Shown piece by piece: positions 10,716-24,144 of a stretch of DNA of 64,000 nt (position 1 is the stretch's first letter; every line of letters starts with the position of its first letter). Source of the stretch: Torpedo marmorata. Lineage: Eukaryota. The DNA is taken from NCBI GenBank assembly GCA_977017645.1, contig OZ360222.1, positions 228,532,001 through 228,596,000 on the forward strand. The letters run 5' to 3'. Made by a program: the position numbers and the translations under genes. The notes under the pieces were generated by a model. That model did no database searches. It saw only the letters and a list, made by a program, of their open reading frames with translations, and was not told where the DNA came from.

Positions 10716-12153
10716 CAGGTAGTCCTCGACTTACGACCGTAATTGGGACCGAAGGATTGGTCGTAAGTCAGATTGGTCGTGTCGGATTCACCCTACCGTG
10801 CATGACTTAATGAGGTCTTAAAGCAATTTTTCAAAAACATTTTCAGCAAATGAACCTTTCATGAAGAATCTCAACATATGTACAGTACCTTTAATAAAGA
10901 TACTCAGCATATAAACTTCGTAAATAATAAAGAATCTATATAGGTGCTTTTAATACAAAATATGTACTGTACCTGTACAGTAGTTTTAATAAAGATTGTC
11001 AACATTTGAACTATAATCGGAAGTCTCTTCTTCTGAACTTGATCCCATCACTGCACTTGTACTGGTACTTGGCTGTGGCTCCTCACAGTCTTCTTCTTCA
11101 TGGGTTGATGGGCAGGGGGTTGATTAAGGACATTTGAAGAACATGCCTAAATTCATTTGCACCGTTTGTTTCTTTTTTTCATCGTAAATTTGACGATAAC
11201 TTAAAGCGTCCTGAATTTGGCGATCAATCTTGGAAAATCTTTCAACATCCTGGTCCATGCTTTCAAACTCGGCAAGGGCCTTATTCATTTGTGAAAAAGC
11301 ATTGGACAACCCCTTAACGGTGAACCTCTTCTGTGGTTCCTCATCCTCTTTCCCTCCTCCACAATGCGTTCTTCTTCTAAATCAATTAAGTCCTCTTTGG
11401 TCAATTCCTTTGATTCAAGATCTAATAATTCTCCTACATCTTCAACGTCGACTACCAATTCAAGATCCCTTGCGAGCGTCACAATGTTCTTTCTAATCTC
11501 GTCAAGCACATCCTCTCATTCAAGCTTGTGTGAACGAGGCGTTTGAGACATTTTTTTCCAAATTCCATTCATGCATTTTCCTGTAACATTCTCCCATGCT
11601 GCCGCAATGTTCTTGATGCAATTAAGAATGCTGTAACCTTTCCAAAAATCACGTAACGATGTTTGATCATTGTCGGTTGCTGCCATGGCCTGCGCAAATG
11701 TTGAGCGAAGATAATGAGCTTTAAAAGTCGCAATCGCCCCTTGGTCCATAGGCTGAATGATAGAAGTTGTGTTTGGTGGCAGAAATATCACGTTAACATC
11801 GGGATTAAGGTCCGACAAATGAGGGGGATGTCCAGGCGCGTTATCTAAGATTAATAGAATCTTGAAAGTGAAACTATTTTCTAAACAATATTGCCGAACA
11901 TTTGAAATGAAAGAGTTAGCAAACCAGTCTCCAAACAAGGCCCTGGTCATCCAGGCTTTGGGGTTGAATCTGTAGTGGACAGGCAGGGTGTGCTTGTTAA
12001 TGTTTTTGAATGCACGTGGTTCTTGGAGGGTTAAATCCAGAGCGGCCCTATATCGCGCTATGTTGCGCATGCGCAGACGCGTATTTTTTAAAAAATTTGG
12101 TCGTATGTGCGGGTGGACGTAACTCGCGTAGGTTGGAAGTCGAGGACTACCTG
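10716..12153 (-). mobile_element. Tigger (pogo superfamily) DNA transposon, internally deleted, non-autonomous
   Basis: Terminal inverted repeats CAGGTAGTCCTCGACTTACGACC and CAGGTAGTCCTCGACTTCCAACC (21/23 match), flanked by TA at 10714-15 and 12154-55. Transposase fragment KAWMT..LILDNAPGHP..FLPPNTTSIIQPMDQG has D-32-D spacing. The N-terminal DNA-binding region is missing and the C-terminus is frameshifted. Confidence 0.95.
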
Positions 12154-13779
12154 TACTACAATGGACCTCAGCATTTACAGACCTCTTGTTTACAGACATA
12201 TTGTCTCATAGATGTAACCATGTGCAGCAAACATCCACTTCTAACAATTACAATTTACACACCAGGGCATATTACATTCCCTGAAAATCTTAGTAATCTC
12301 CAGTTGCCAAGCAATAATTCAACATAGAATGACATTCCTTCACCAACTTGAACATCTGCAGCACTCAAGGTTAGATTGAGGGGATGATTCAATTTAATGT
12401 TGTCATTTTACTTGGTTAAAGAGATACCAATCATTTTGGGGATTGATTTGAAATTAGCTCAGAGAAATCTGGCTCTAAAGCTTGTTTTACACCCAATAGA
12501 AATATATGCTGAAAAAGACATTTGTGGGAGCAGGGTTAAATTTTGAGTAAATGACATAAAATAATACTAAAAATCCAGGCTATTATATGCCTCTTGTGTG
12601 TCTCAATCAGACTCCCTTTCCAACCCATCTGTAGCCTTCTCCACTGCTATAGTGAAGTCCAATGTAAAATAGAACAACCATCCTCCAGACTCCGGCCCCA
12701 GATCCCCACCAATCTAATGTGTTGACTGGTTTCCTTCCACAAATGCTGACTGACTGAACTCTTCCAGCATTTCTGCTTCTGTTGCAGTTTTAAATTCCAG
12801 TTCTGGGTTTGCTATATGCTTCAAGTTCATAATTTGTAAATGCAAGTGAAGTATTGTCATATGCAGAGAAATTTAGAACTGTTAGACAATTCTTTGAGCC
12901 CAGCTACTCTTGCAGATTTCAAGCTGCTTCATATTTTCTAAGATATGTCTTTCCTTTATCTTCCTGCGATCTGCAGTTCCACGAGTCTCTTCTCGCCACT
13001 ATTCCCTTCCTCACCATCATCCTTCTCTCCCCACCCTCTCCATTCCCCTTTCATCCTTACTATCCCATTTATTCTTGTTTTCCCTGTTCAAGCTTCTCCA
13101 CCCTCATCTTCTTGTTAAGTGTTGGATAAGCAAAAGACATTCCAGATCAAAAACTGATGTTACAAAATAGTTATGAAACACAAGAGGTTGCAGCTCTTGA
13201 AAAGCCTTCTAAATTGTGTGAAATTCAAATATCACCCATGCTGTTTGCCAAAATGACACAAGAACCACATCATCACCATCCTTTGAGACAGAAGTCGTTT
13301 TCAAATTATATTTTAAAAAGCTGTCCAGAAAATATCCAGTGATATTTTACTTATTCCTCTGAACTGCTCCTGAATATCATTCATAACTTATGTACATAAT
13401 ATAAATTCTAATGGAAAACTTACGTGTCTGCATGTCTCCTTTCATTTTAAGACTACACAAATGATATGCAATGGACAAAGACACTGAGATTATCACCTTT
13501 GGGAAAGAGTCACAATTCATAAAAGGAAAAGGACAAACAAAATCCTCAAAGTTTCTGACCATGCTTTCCCATCCTTCAGAAATGGCATTTATTCTCCAGG
13601 AACCACTGTGTGCTCCCCAAAACTGGAGAGAGAAATCATTGTGGTATCCAAGTAAGTTCCAATGTATTTTCAATTTCCATCTGGTTTGTTATTTGCTGGT
13701 AACATTCTCCAATCAGATCCCTAAAGATGCAGGATTGCTGAAATCTCCTGGAACAAATTAAGAATCAACATGCCTATCT

Positions 13780-14215
13780 ACAAAAACAAAGTGCTGGAGA
13801 AACTCAGCAGCATCCATAGGAAATAAAAGGCAGTCAGCATTTCAGACCTGAGCCCTTCTTCAGCTGTGTTGAAAATCAGGCAGACAGCTGAATGTAAAGG
13901 TGAGAAGGGTGGGGGAGGAAAGTGGGAGGAACATGACCTAATAGGTAAGAGGTAGATACAGGTGGGAGAGAAGAGAAAGAAGCTGCAAAGTGATAGAGGG
14001 AGAGGGCAGATGGCTAAGAAAGATAACCTGATTGAAGGGAAAGGCATGGGTAACTGGAGGAAGGAAGGAGGGAGAGAGAGAGAGAGACGCACCAGGAAAT
14101 GGGGTTAACAGAAATCTGTGGTTGTTATTGATGCTGTCAGGTTGAAGACTATATAGAAGATGTTGTTCCTCCAATTTGGCAGCTATTGAGCCCATGGTCA
14201 GACATGTTAGTATGG
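13780..14215 (-). mobile_element. Older PLE 3' fragment
   Basis: KLEEQHL..SLQPDSIN matches the GIY-YIG C-terminus at 5.9 kb. A pyrimidine-rich spacer follows, then minus-strand CTGAAGAAGGGCTCAGGTCTGAAATG (hammerhead-like core). Confidence 0.75.
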
Positions 14216-16224
14216 CAATTTTTGTGAATGCACTAACCCCAGGCCTGATGAATATTACAGGTTTTATTTACTTCCATGCAGAAATAGGAATATCGTTGAA
14301 GCAAGCAAACTAAAAAAACACAGCAACTGAAATGGTATTTGGAGTATACCATCCCCCCAAAATGCAGTCATGGTGTCTGGCCGCTTTAGAAATATGTTGG
14401 AAGTATTCAGCAGGATCAGCAAAGACCTAACGTCTCAGTGTGTTGCCTAAAAAGAAGCAAGGTTTTGGTGTGCTTTTTTTGAGGGGGTGGGATTGATAGG
14501 ATTTGGGGGGGGGGTGTTGGGAAGAGAAAGCAAGGTTCTGAACTCAGTAATCTTACGAAGAAGCCCACAGCACTAGAGCTGAATACTGTCGAGGAAATGT
14601 GGATCAATGTTATGACCTTGAGATATGTTCACTGCAAACACGTGGGGCTATAACTTCAAATCAATTTTCACTTCAGTGCAATTGTGCAAAGTGGACATCT
14701 CACTGAGAAAATAAAAAAGTGGTACGCATGAAAAACATATCACCATTGTATTCCACTGCCATTCCAAAAACATTTCGTTCAACAATGTTTCCTCCGTGTA
14801 TTGATGTCACAATTTGTGGCACAATGTAGTTCACACATTTTCACTTAACCCATTGCTCACCAAAGCTCAAACTAATTAAAAATAAAAACAATGCTGGAGA
14901 AATTCAGCAGGTCAATCAGCGTACTTTATAAAGCAAAGAGCCCTTCATCAAGCTCAAACTAATTACTTGTTTGACAAAACTTTCTAACAGTTGATTTCCT
15001 GTTTTAATGAAAACAAACACATTTAAAGAGTTTGGAATCACATGGATCATTTTTTTTGTCACACCAAGTACCAAGACACTTCAACTGACCGTTGTCAGCC
15101 ATGAATAATTTTGACACCTGAAGGGCTCTAAAGACCTCATTATATTTATGCACCCTGAGGTGTTTGCAATACAGCCACTAGCTTTAATTTGCACAACGAT
15201 CCTGAACACATCCCTCCAAGGCATCTCACTCTTCCTTCAGAGATTGAAATAAGAAATGCGTAAATGACATGCTTTATACCGAAATGAATCATTAACCATC
15301 ATTCGAAAGGTAACGAAGATTACTACATCTACTAACAAGGTACTGTTTGTTATTCATTATATTTACAATTCTAAAGGGGTTTGATGAATTCACCCTAATC
15401 AACTGCAATATTCAAAAGCTGTATTTTATAAAATGAGATGTTTTAAATTGTCAAAGACCAGATAACGCACCCTTTTCCTAATCATATTCTTCCCACCTTC
15501 AATTCAGAGCTTCAGAAAATCACATGCTCCAAATCTTTACATTGCAAATCTTCAATTTCCTTGAAAATATTTTTTCATCTATCCTCTAACTTCTAATTAT
15601 TTCTGTAAGCCTCCCAGTCTTTGCTTCTTTGTGTTTCTTGATCTTGACTATACATCTTTGGTCCAATTTGAGACGATGTCAGTTTTACTCAGCAAAAATA
15701 TCAATTTTTGTCCAAATCTTCTGCTACCATTTAGACTTCCACTTGTGCCAGCAAACTCTAATATACTTTCATCTACATCTTTTATAAATACAATGAAAAG
15801 TTGAGAACATATTGCAGATGCCTGAACTGCAATATATTTGACAATTTTAAATACATATCCATGAAACATCATATCTCCTAATCAACTCATCTCCACTTGA
15901 ATTGTTAAGACTGCATCAAAGCAGATACATCAATTCTTGAACAAAAGACCCTCATTACAAGTTCATTAAAAATTCACACACTTGCATGCAATTCTCAAAG
16001 AAGTTATTTTCATTTATTGCAACATGCACAATTATTCTCACCAATTTGCTTAATCTAACTATTTCATGTTAGAGTCACCACACAGAATTTATTTTTATGT
16101 TTTGCTTTAAAGAAAACCACATTCCATTTCCCCATGAAACAAACATTTCTATGAGAAATCCATGCATTAATAATATTTCAGAGTTTGGTATGGAAGAGCC
16201 TAACATCCTGAAAATATCTATACA

Positions 16225-16815
16225 AATAGGCATTGAGTATTGAATGGGCATTGAGGAAAAAAGTTGGCAAATCATGTTGCAGCTCTATTAAACTTTCGTT
16301 AGGCCACATTTGGAGTAGTGAGTAGTTCTGGACACCACACAATGGAAAGGATATAAAGGATTTGAAGAGGTTGCAGAAGATGCTCACCAGGATGTTGTCT
16401 GGATTAGAGTGTCAATTATAATGAGGTGTTGGACAACTTTAGATTGTTTTCTCTGGAGATGTTAAGGCTCAGTGGCAACCTGACAAAGTATATATAATTA
16501 TGAGACACATACATAGGGTATTTTGTCAGAATCATTATCCCAGGGTGGAAAAGTCAAAAGCTAGAGGGCATAGGTTTAAAGTAAGAGGGGGAAGGTTGAA
16601 AGAGATTTGCAAGGCAAGTTTGTTTTTCTTTTGCAGAGTGGTAGCAGCCTAGAACACACTGCCAGGGGAGGTGGTAGAAGCAGATACAATAGCAATGTTT
16701 AAGAGCCATTTTGATAGACAGGCAAACAGGCAGGAAATAGAGAAATATAGATCATGTGCAGTCATGTGCACATACATTGTGGGCCAAAGGGCCTGCTCTT
16801 GCGCTGTACTGTTCC
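16225..16815 (+). mobile_element. CR1 LINE 3' fragment, degenerate
   Basis: CR1 ORF2 C-terminal signatures GTTAGGCCACATTTGGAGTA..CAGTTCTGG-like, CTAGAGGGCATAGGTTTAAAGT, GGAGGTGGTAGAAGCAGATAC and tail GGGCCAAAGGGCCTG..CTGTACTGTTCCATG. Confidence 0.8.
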
Positions 16816-18499
16816 ATGCTTCAGTCAGTGAGTGGACAGGTTTTGAAAAGCAGTTACCAAGTTTGTGACTCTTGTTAGAATGCCAACCAAACACAATCTT
16901 CTTTTGATAAATTTTCTGGGGCAAAATCATTTCTCGTAATGCCTTTGAGAGCAGATGCTCTTTAAATCTCTTGCATTTTCAAATTAACCAAGTTTCAAAT
17001 TCTGTTCCAAAGTGCAATCTACTGCATGTTTAATGCTCACTATATCAATCTCTTCTTCTATCTCCAGGTTTCATAATTTTACGAATTTAATGCACATACA
17101 TGTTCTGCACTCAGAAGTTATTTATCCTGCAACTATATCTCCAATTTATTGCACTATCTTGGTAATCCTATTCCTTAAATCTGCTTGATTTGTCTGTAGA
17201 ATCCAGTTGAAATAAACTCATTAGATCAAAACAGAAATCAAAAAAATGAAATCACCATTACGCTTAACCATGAACGGCAACAAGGAGAAAGCAAGGCAAT
17301 GGAGAATGGTTCGTAAAAGCCTTTTACGCATGAAACATCAGGGGTAATGTGCAACGTGAAAATATTCGGAATCCATTCAAGTTTGCAGAAAATTTATCCT
17401 AAACAGATTTTTACCAGCTGAGGTACATCAAAATATGTGGTCTTTTCCAGTGAAATTACATTAACCGAGGTGTCCATTGGAAGAAATAAACTATTGCATG
17501 AACAACTTTTGGTCGAATTATATTCTTGTAGTTAGAGAAATGCACAAGAAAATCTGAGGTCACCGCTTCAAGTTCCTTCAGTCATGCTTGCGGTGTGCTG
17601 GATATCTCCAGCAGAGCTTTCCTTCTCAGCTGTTTTAGTTTCTATAGAAGATTGGGTGTTCATAGAAATGGGCAACAGCCAATAAGGAGAACCCCTGACA
17701 CATTGATGTGCAATATCATAGCAAACTATTTGCACAGGAAAATTTAGTTTCTAAATTAAAATTCAATTTACTGGCAATGACAATTAATTGCATTGGATTA
17801 TTTGAATCTTTCGTGACCTTTAGTAGACAGGTGTCAAAAACACATAAATGTTTAATTCCACAGGCTTCATGTTGATCATATTTCCATCCAAATTCAGAAC
17901 TCCAGCCAAATCAGAAGCTAAAAATTTTCACAAATCATATCCACTTTTCATATGGAAAACATTCACAGCTCCGACGGGTTTTCTATGAAAACACACCAAT
18001 GGTGCATCACTAAAGGTAGAATTCTTCATCTGTGAAAATTACCTCCTGGCATTTTCCACTGATGAGAAGTCACTAAATGCAGTGTTTTATAAAAACATGA
18101 AGCTCCTTTAAGCCATTCCACTGAAACTGTACCAAAGTGTGTATCAGAAAAGAATGGATAGAATGATGAACATGGATATTTAGGTCACAATCAATACATT
18201 TTCTATTCAACTTCGACACATTTTTTTTCTTATTCTTGATACTGTTTCTTTCAAGTTTAAAGAAATTTGCTCAAAATAAACACTTTTCCCCACTGTTTTT
18301 GAATACAGATTGCACTTGGCTGATCAGGAGAGAACAGAAGAATCCTGGAAAAGGAATAGACTTCATTGTAAATCAAAAGCCAATTTCTTTGATAGGTTCA
18401 GCCACAGTAATCTTATAAAACAATATGAAGTTTCCAATCTCTAACTTGATTTGTGCATTCTTTCAAAATTTACCATAAGTAAATGTACCCAGAGATTGT

Positions 18500-19883
18500 A
18501 TTTCGATAATTTAATAATTTATTAATCTAAAAAAGTGTGTAAAAGTATAGCTCTCATCCACAAGATATATGAATGACATTAAAATGCCTGCAGTTTTATC
18601 AAACTCGCTTTTAGTGTATTTGTTTCAGCAATACAGAATTAAAATGAACTTCACTTATTTTATTTTATATAAAAGAAGCCCACAGCAAAATGCTCAGAAG
18701 AAAAAACTTCATATTGGCATGAAATGTACAGCTTTTACATTTAAAAATGTTCTGAAATATACATACAAGCATGCTAGCAAACCCAGGTCATCAGTAGACA
18801 AACTTTTTGGAATGCCATTTCTGAACCTTGAATGCTTTCTAACAGAAGAAAATGAAGATCTTCTGTAAATGGATTCTGTTATTCAACTGGGGCTTGTATG
18901 CTCAAACTTTTAAAAATCCACAACTAAAATATGCATATCCACGGGAAATATACATACAACTTTCTCACATTGAAGTACATAATATAGGATTTTATCTATT
19001 GCCATTTATTTAATTTTTTTTGCACAAAAACCTATAAATATTACTTCACCAGAATCTTTTAACTTAAAACTTAAATAAAATGACAGAGGTCTGAATTTGA
19101 TCCTCCAAAAATATGAAGACGAGCATTATCTTCATCAGTAAAGTCTTAGATAAAAATGGCCTTTAAATTGAAACACCCATTTTCATCTACAGTCTGATGA
19201 ATTCTGGGAGGGAGGATGACAATAAAATGGAAAAATTACAAACTTCTACTTACAATTTTCACCAAGTTAACTTTTGTACAATTTTACAATCTTGATTTTC
19301 CTCTTCAAAAGGCCTTGTGAAATTTTTCTGATTAAGAAAAAATAGTACTGCAATTTGTCAATTTTACACTGTACACAATAGATACAAACTGTTCTGATAT
19401 ATCTGGTTTATATCTACAATACAAAGAAAGTCACCAAAGGTGACTCAAATGCACAATAAAATATCATTTACAAGCACTAGCTAGTTGATATTCCCCACTA
19501 TATTTTCCCCGATTTCACAATACTGTGTTTTTAAGAATGTACAATTTATCATGAAAAATAAATTCTGTGTTGTAGCAATAATGACATGACAAGTATAGTT
19601 TTCGAAGCTGTAACATAAAAATCCCAAAAAAAATTACTGATGTGGAAGAGCTTTATAATGTAGACTGTTGATGCAGCAGACCCAAGAAAAGTGCTCTGCA
19701 AGTTAATGCTCACACATTGTAGAGAATTGGATGTGGAGTGAATTTAATAGTCTTGAAATGATACTTGCTGAAGTTTTGATATTTTCCCTTACACGATCTT
19801 CAGATCATCGATAAATCGCTGATGATGCACCGTATCCTTCATCAGGAAAGTGAATGGGTCTGTGTTTAACACAATTTGTGGTT
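18500..19883 (-). other. med13l: Probable MED13L 3' UTR with candidate polyadenylation signals
   Basis: AU-rich, repeat-free sequence after the stop codon. Minus-strand AATAAA at 19005-19010 and 18518-18523, with further candidates at 17145-17150 and 16013-16018. True end unknown. Confidence 0.55.
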
Positions 19884-20036
<153 letters not shown>

Positions 20037-20103
20037 TCAGCCTCCCTTTCAATGAATCAAATGAAAAAGTAAAATCACAAAGTAACAAGGAGTTGACGTA
20101 AAC

Positions 20104-20210
20104 CTCAAAACATCTGAAGTTCTATTGGAGTCCAGAGGGTGAGGATGAGTGTGCTTGCCAGGTAGTAGTTCATCAGATTGTGCCAGGGAGACATGATGAT
20201 GTAAAGAGGC
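20104..20210 (-). CDS. med13l: MED13L exon 30
   Basis: ag|[35 protein letters not shown](R)|gt; 107 nt, phase 0 to 2. Confidence 0.94.
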
Positions 20211-20589
20211 CTATTACAAATAATAAAAAGTAAAAAGTTAACATTGTTAGCTCAATAACTATAAATACTTATTGGAAAAAATCTAATCAATTTTAATTAT
20301 TTTCAATTCATTCCCAATAGATTATGCATTGTTCTGGACACTTCCTATGGTAGCTTTGTATTCAATATAGAGTGAAAAACCCAGGTGTTGTATTTAAGTT
20401 TTAACACCAGTCATCTCAATATTCAGTCAAGCAGTATGTGCAACAAATCCAGCAAATTTTGATGGAAGACCATTTACCAGACTCTCACCAACAATTCCTT
20501 TAATAAACTACAAGATCATGCGTTGTCTCCCAAGGAATGTAACCGCATTTCATTTTGTTGCTGTTTGCTGGTACCACAAGTCAACAACT

Positions 20590-21200
20590 ACTTATAAAAA
20601 TGACATTTAAACTAAAACCTCCCAAGGCACTTTGAAGAAAGTGTTAACACACAGAACTTGAAATCGAACCACATTTAAGGATACAAAGTCAGAGTCGGCC
20701 AAAGAGGTCAACTTTAAAGAGTGTTTGAAAAGGAGAAAGGGTAGAGAGGCAGAAAAGAGTTGAGGAATTCCAGAACTCAAGGCCTTGCCAGCTGAAGGAC
20801 ACAGCTGCAAAATGATGGTACAATTAAACATGGATGATTGCACAGCAAGAATTGAAGAGCTCCAAATTTGCATAAAATGAGAGGGCAGGAGAAGATTATC
20901 AAGACTGATGGTGGGGGTGGGCAGCCAACAAATAAATTTTAAAGTAAAAGCGAATTTTAAGATGGGTGTTGTGCTTAAATAGGCAGATGAATGCTGGGCA
21001 CTGGGTTTCTGATGGGGAATGAAGACCAAGGAAAATGTTTACATCAAATATTAAATGCTGAACAAGTAGTCTATTAATTTAGAGACAGTGGAGAAGTGAG
21101 GAGAGAAGATGTGGTATTGATGGCAAGTGTACACTGATGGCATTCTTTAAATCATGGCAAAGGGATAGCACAATGAGAATAATATTCTTGGGGGTCTCTG
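20590..21200 (-). mobile_element. Old L2-type LINE 3' fragment
   Basis: Plus strand AAAACCTCCCAAGGCACTTTG..GGCCAAAGAGGT..GAGGAATTCCAGAAC..GCAGCTGAAGG resembles reversed L2 3' ends. Heavily diverged. Confidence 0.55.
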
Positions 21201-21321
21201 AAGAGGAGTGTGCACCCCCCCCCCCTCGAAAACCATTGTAGCTTACTATCTGACCATGACAGGATGCAAAATTATAGAACTAACCACGTGTCAACAAAAA
21301 CAGAGCACCCATATGTGCAAA

Positions 21322-23212
21322 TGTACCGGCATCGGTGAATAGCTACATTAGTAAATGTACTGACGAAGTCACTGTGCCCAAGACCATCATTACTCACTCT
21401 AATCAGAAGCCATGGATGACTGCGGAGGTGCGTGTGCTGCTGAGGAGCCGAAAGTCTGCCTTCAGTGCGGGTGACAAGGTGACCCTAGCTATCACAAGAG
21501 CCAAGCTGTCTAAGGCCATCAGGGAGGCAAAGCGTGCACAGGCCCAGCGAATTCAGAGTCACTTTCAGGACAGCAAGGACACGCGATGCATGTGGAAGGG
21601 CATTCAAGATATCACTGGCCACAAGACTACACCATCTGACTGTGCTGGTGATGCCTCCCTCCCAGATGCACTGAACAACTTCTACGTGCGTTTTGAGGCA
21701 AAAAATGATGTAGTGGCAAAGAAGACAACCCCTCCACTAAATGAACAGGTGCTGTGTTTCACAGTGGCCGACGTGAGGAGAGTGTTAGGCGGGGTTAACA
21801 TTCCCGGCAGAGTGCTCAGGGGATGTGCGGCCCAGTGGGCTGATGTTCTCACCGACATCTTTAACATCTCCCTGAGCAGTGCCGTGGTACCAACGTGCTT
21901 CAAAGCCGCTACCATCATCCCCGTGCCGAAGAAGTCGACGGTGTCCTGCCTCAATGACTACCGCCCTGTCGCACTCACATCCACGGTCATGAAATGCTTC
22001 GAGAGGCTCGTCATGAGGCACATCAAGCTTCTGTTGCCCCCCTCACTGGACCCCCTGCAGTTCGCATATAGATCAAACCGCTCCACAGATGATGCCATCA
22101 TTACCACCCTCCACCTAGCCCTCACCTACCTGGAAAATAAGGACGCGTATGTTCGAATGCTGTTTATTGACTTCAGCTCGGCATTCAACACGATCATACC
22201 TCAGTACCTGATAGAGAAGTTGAGGGGGCTGGGCCTAAACTACACCCTCTGTAATTGGATCCTAGACTTCCTGACGGGAAGACCTCAGGCAGTCCGGATT
22301 GGAAACAGCACTTCCAAGGCCATTACATTGAGCACGGGGGCTCCCCAGGGCTGTGTGCTTAGTCCATTGCTGTTCACCCTGCTGACTCATGACTGTGCAG
22401 CAAAACACAGCTCGAATCACATCATAAAGTTTGCTGATGATACAACCGTGGTGGGCCTTATCAGTAAGAATGACGAGTCAGCATACAGAGATGAGGTGCA
22501 GTCGCTAATGGAATATTGCGGAAACAACAACCTGCAGCTGAACGTGAACAGAACAAAAGAGTTGGTTGTCGACTTCAGAAGGGCCCGGGGGGGATCATTC
22601 TCCTTTGACCATGGACGGCTCTACCATTGAGGTCGTAAAGATTACCAAGTTTCTTGGAGTGCACTTGGTGGAGAGTCTCAGCTGGTCCCTAAACACCAGT
22701 TCCATAGTCAAGAAAGCCCAGCAGCGTCTTTACTTCCTGCAAAGACTGAGGAAAGTTCATCTCCCACCCCTTATCCTTACTACATTCTACAGGGGATGTA
22801 TTGAGAGTATTCTGAGCAATTGCATCATTGCTTGGTTTGGAAACTGTACCACCTCGGACCGAAAGACCCTGCAGAGGATAGTGAGGGCAGCGGAGAAAAT
22901 TATTGGAGTCTCTGTCCCCACCATGACAGACATTTACAACACACGATGCATGAGGAAGGCTAAAAACACTGTGAAGGACTTATCACACCCCTTTGGTAAA
23001 CTGTTTTCCCCTTTGCCATCTGGAAGGAGGTATCGAAGCACTCGGGCTCGCACGTCCAGACTGTACAACAGTTTTTTCCCCCAAGCCATCAGGCTCCTCA
23101 ATTCCTAGATATATATGTGTATTAGCATGTTAGCCCATGGTCCTGGAGAAACGCTAACTCGTCTTAATGTGTATATGGTAATGAACGACAAATAAAGGTG
23201 ACTTGACTTGAC
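21322..23212 (+). mobile_element. Rex-Babar clade LINE, 5'-truncated, reverse transcriptase nearly intact
   Basis: ORF 21335-22630 has [43 protein letters not shown] and KFADD. A frameshift at the G-run near 22587-22593 continues into ORF 22566-23108 (..SFFPQAIRLLN). Tail AATAAAGGT(GACTT)2GAC. Confidence 0.95.
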
Positions 23213-23364
23213 GAGGTGACAACAGCAATTAATGCTCCAGCACTGAGATAGCCTGGATTTGCCATTTCATGTGCACACACATAAACACAATAGTCTTATC
23301 CCACACTACGACTATGATGGAATAATGTATGGATGGATAAAATTTGTGATGAAATGGAACTTAC

Positions 23365-23538
23365 CTTTAAAAACAAAGGGCATTGATTTTGAGCATGAGG
23401 GCAGGCAGACCAAAACCAGTGAGGAAGATTCTCAGCTTTAGCAGTTGACACAAAATATCCAAGAGCAAGTGGTTGCTGGAGTACATTTGCAACTTCCTCA
23501 TGAGCTTCAGTGGAGAGAAGCCGTTCACCACCTTGACC
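23365..23538 (-). CDS. med13l: MED13L exon 29
   Basis: acag|[58 protein letters not shown]|gtaagt; 174 nt. Confidence 0.95.
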
Positions 23539-24144
23539 CTGTAACAATGTCAAAAATATACCAAACATGTGCAACTTCCAAAATAACATCAATTAAATTA
23601 GGTAACCAATTCTTTTCAATGTTTTACATCTATCCATTCCAATGCACTAATTGGATCATAGATTCCAAGGAAACAAAGCAAAGTTACTATTTTACTCAGA
23701 TACAGCAAGTGATCAAAAAAACAATGCAAATGGTTGCTTCATCGTGAATACAAATCTACTTTGAGATATTTAAATAAAATGTGATTTGCTAAGCGTACAA
23801 CTTACTGAGAAATTGCATTGAAGAATTTCAAAAGCAGAATGAATTCTCTCTCTGAGCAAAATATAATGTCCCAACCATTTATAAAGGTAGTCCATCATTT
23901 AATCGTGTACAAATGATATTCACTTAACCAGAAGACTATTCTGTGTTAACATTCTGAAATGACAGCTGAATGATCAATTTCAATACATTTAATTGCCCAA
24001 AAAATAACTCAAAGTTGACTCAATCACTTGCGTCATTGTAAACAAGTTTTCTTTTATGTGTGTGGATAATTGGAATCTCAAATTTTAAAAAGTTTAACCA
24101 AATATCTGAAGTCATGTCACAAAGTTTTATTTAAAAAAACCATG

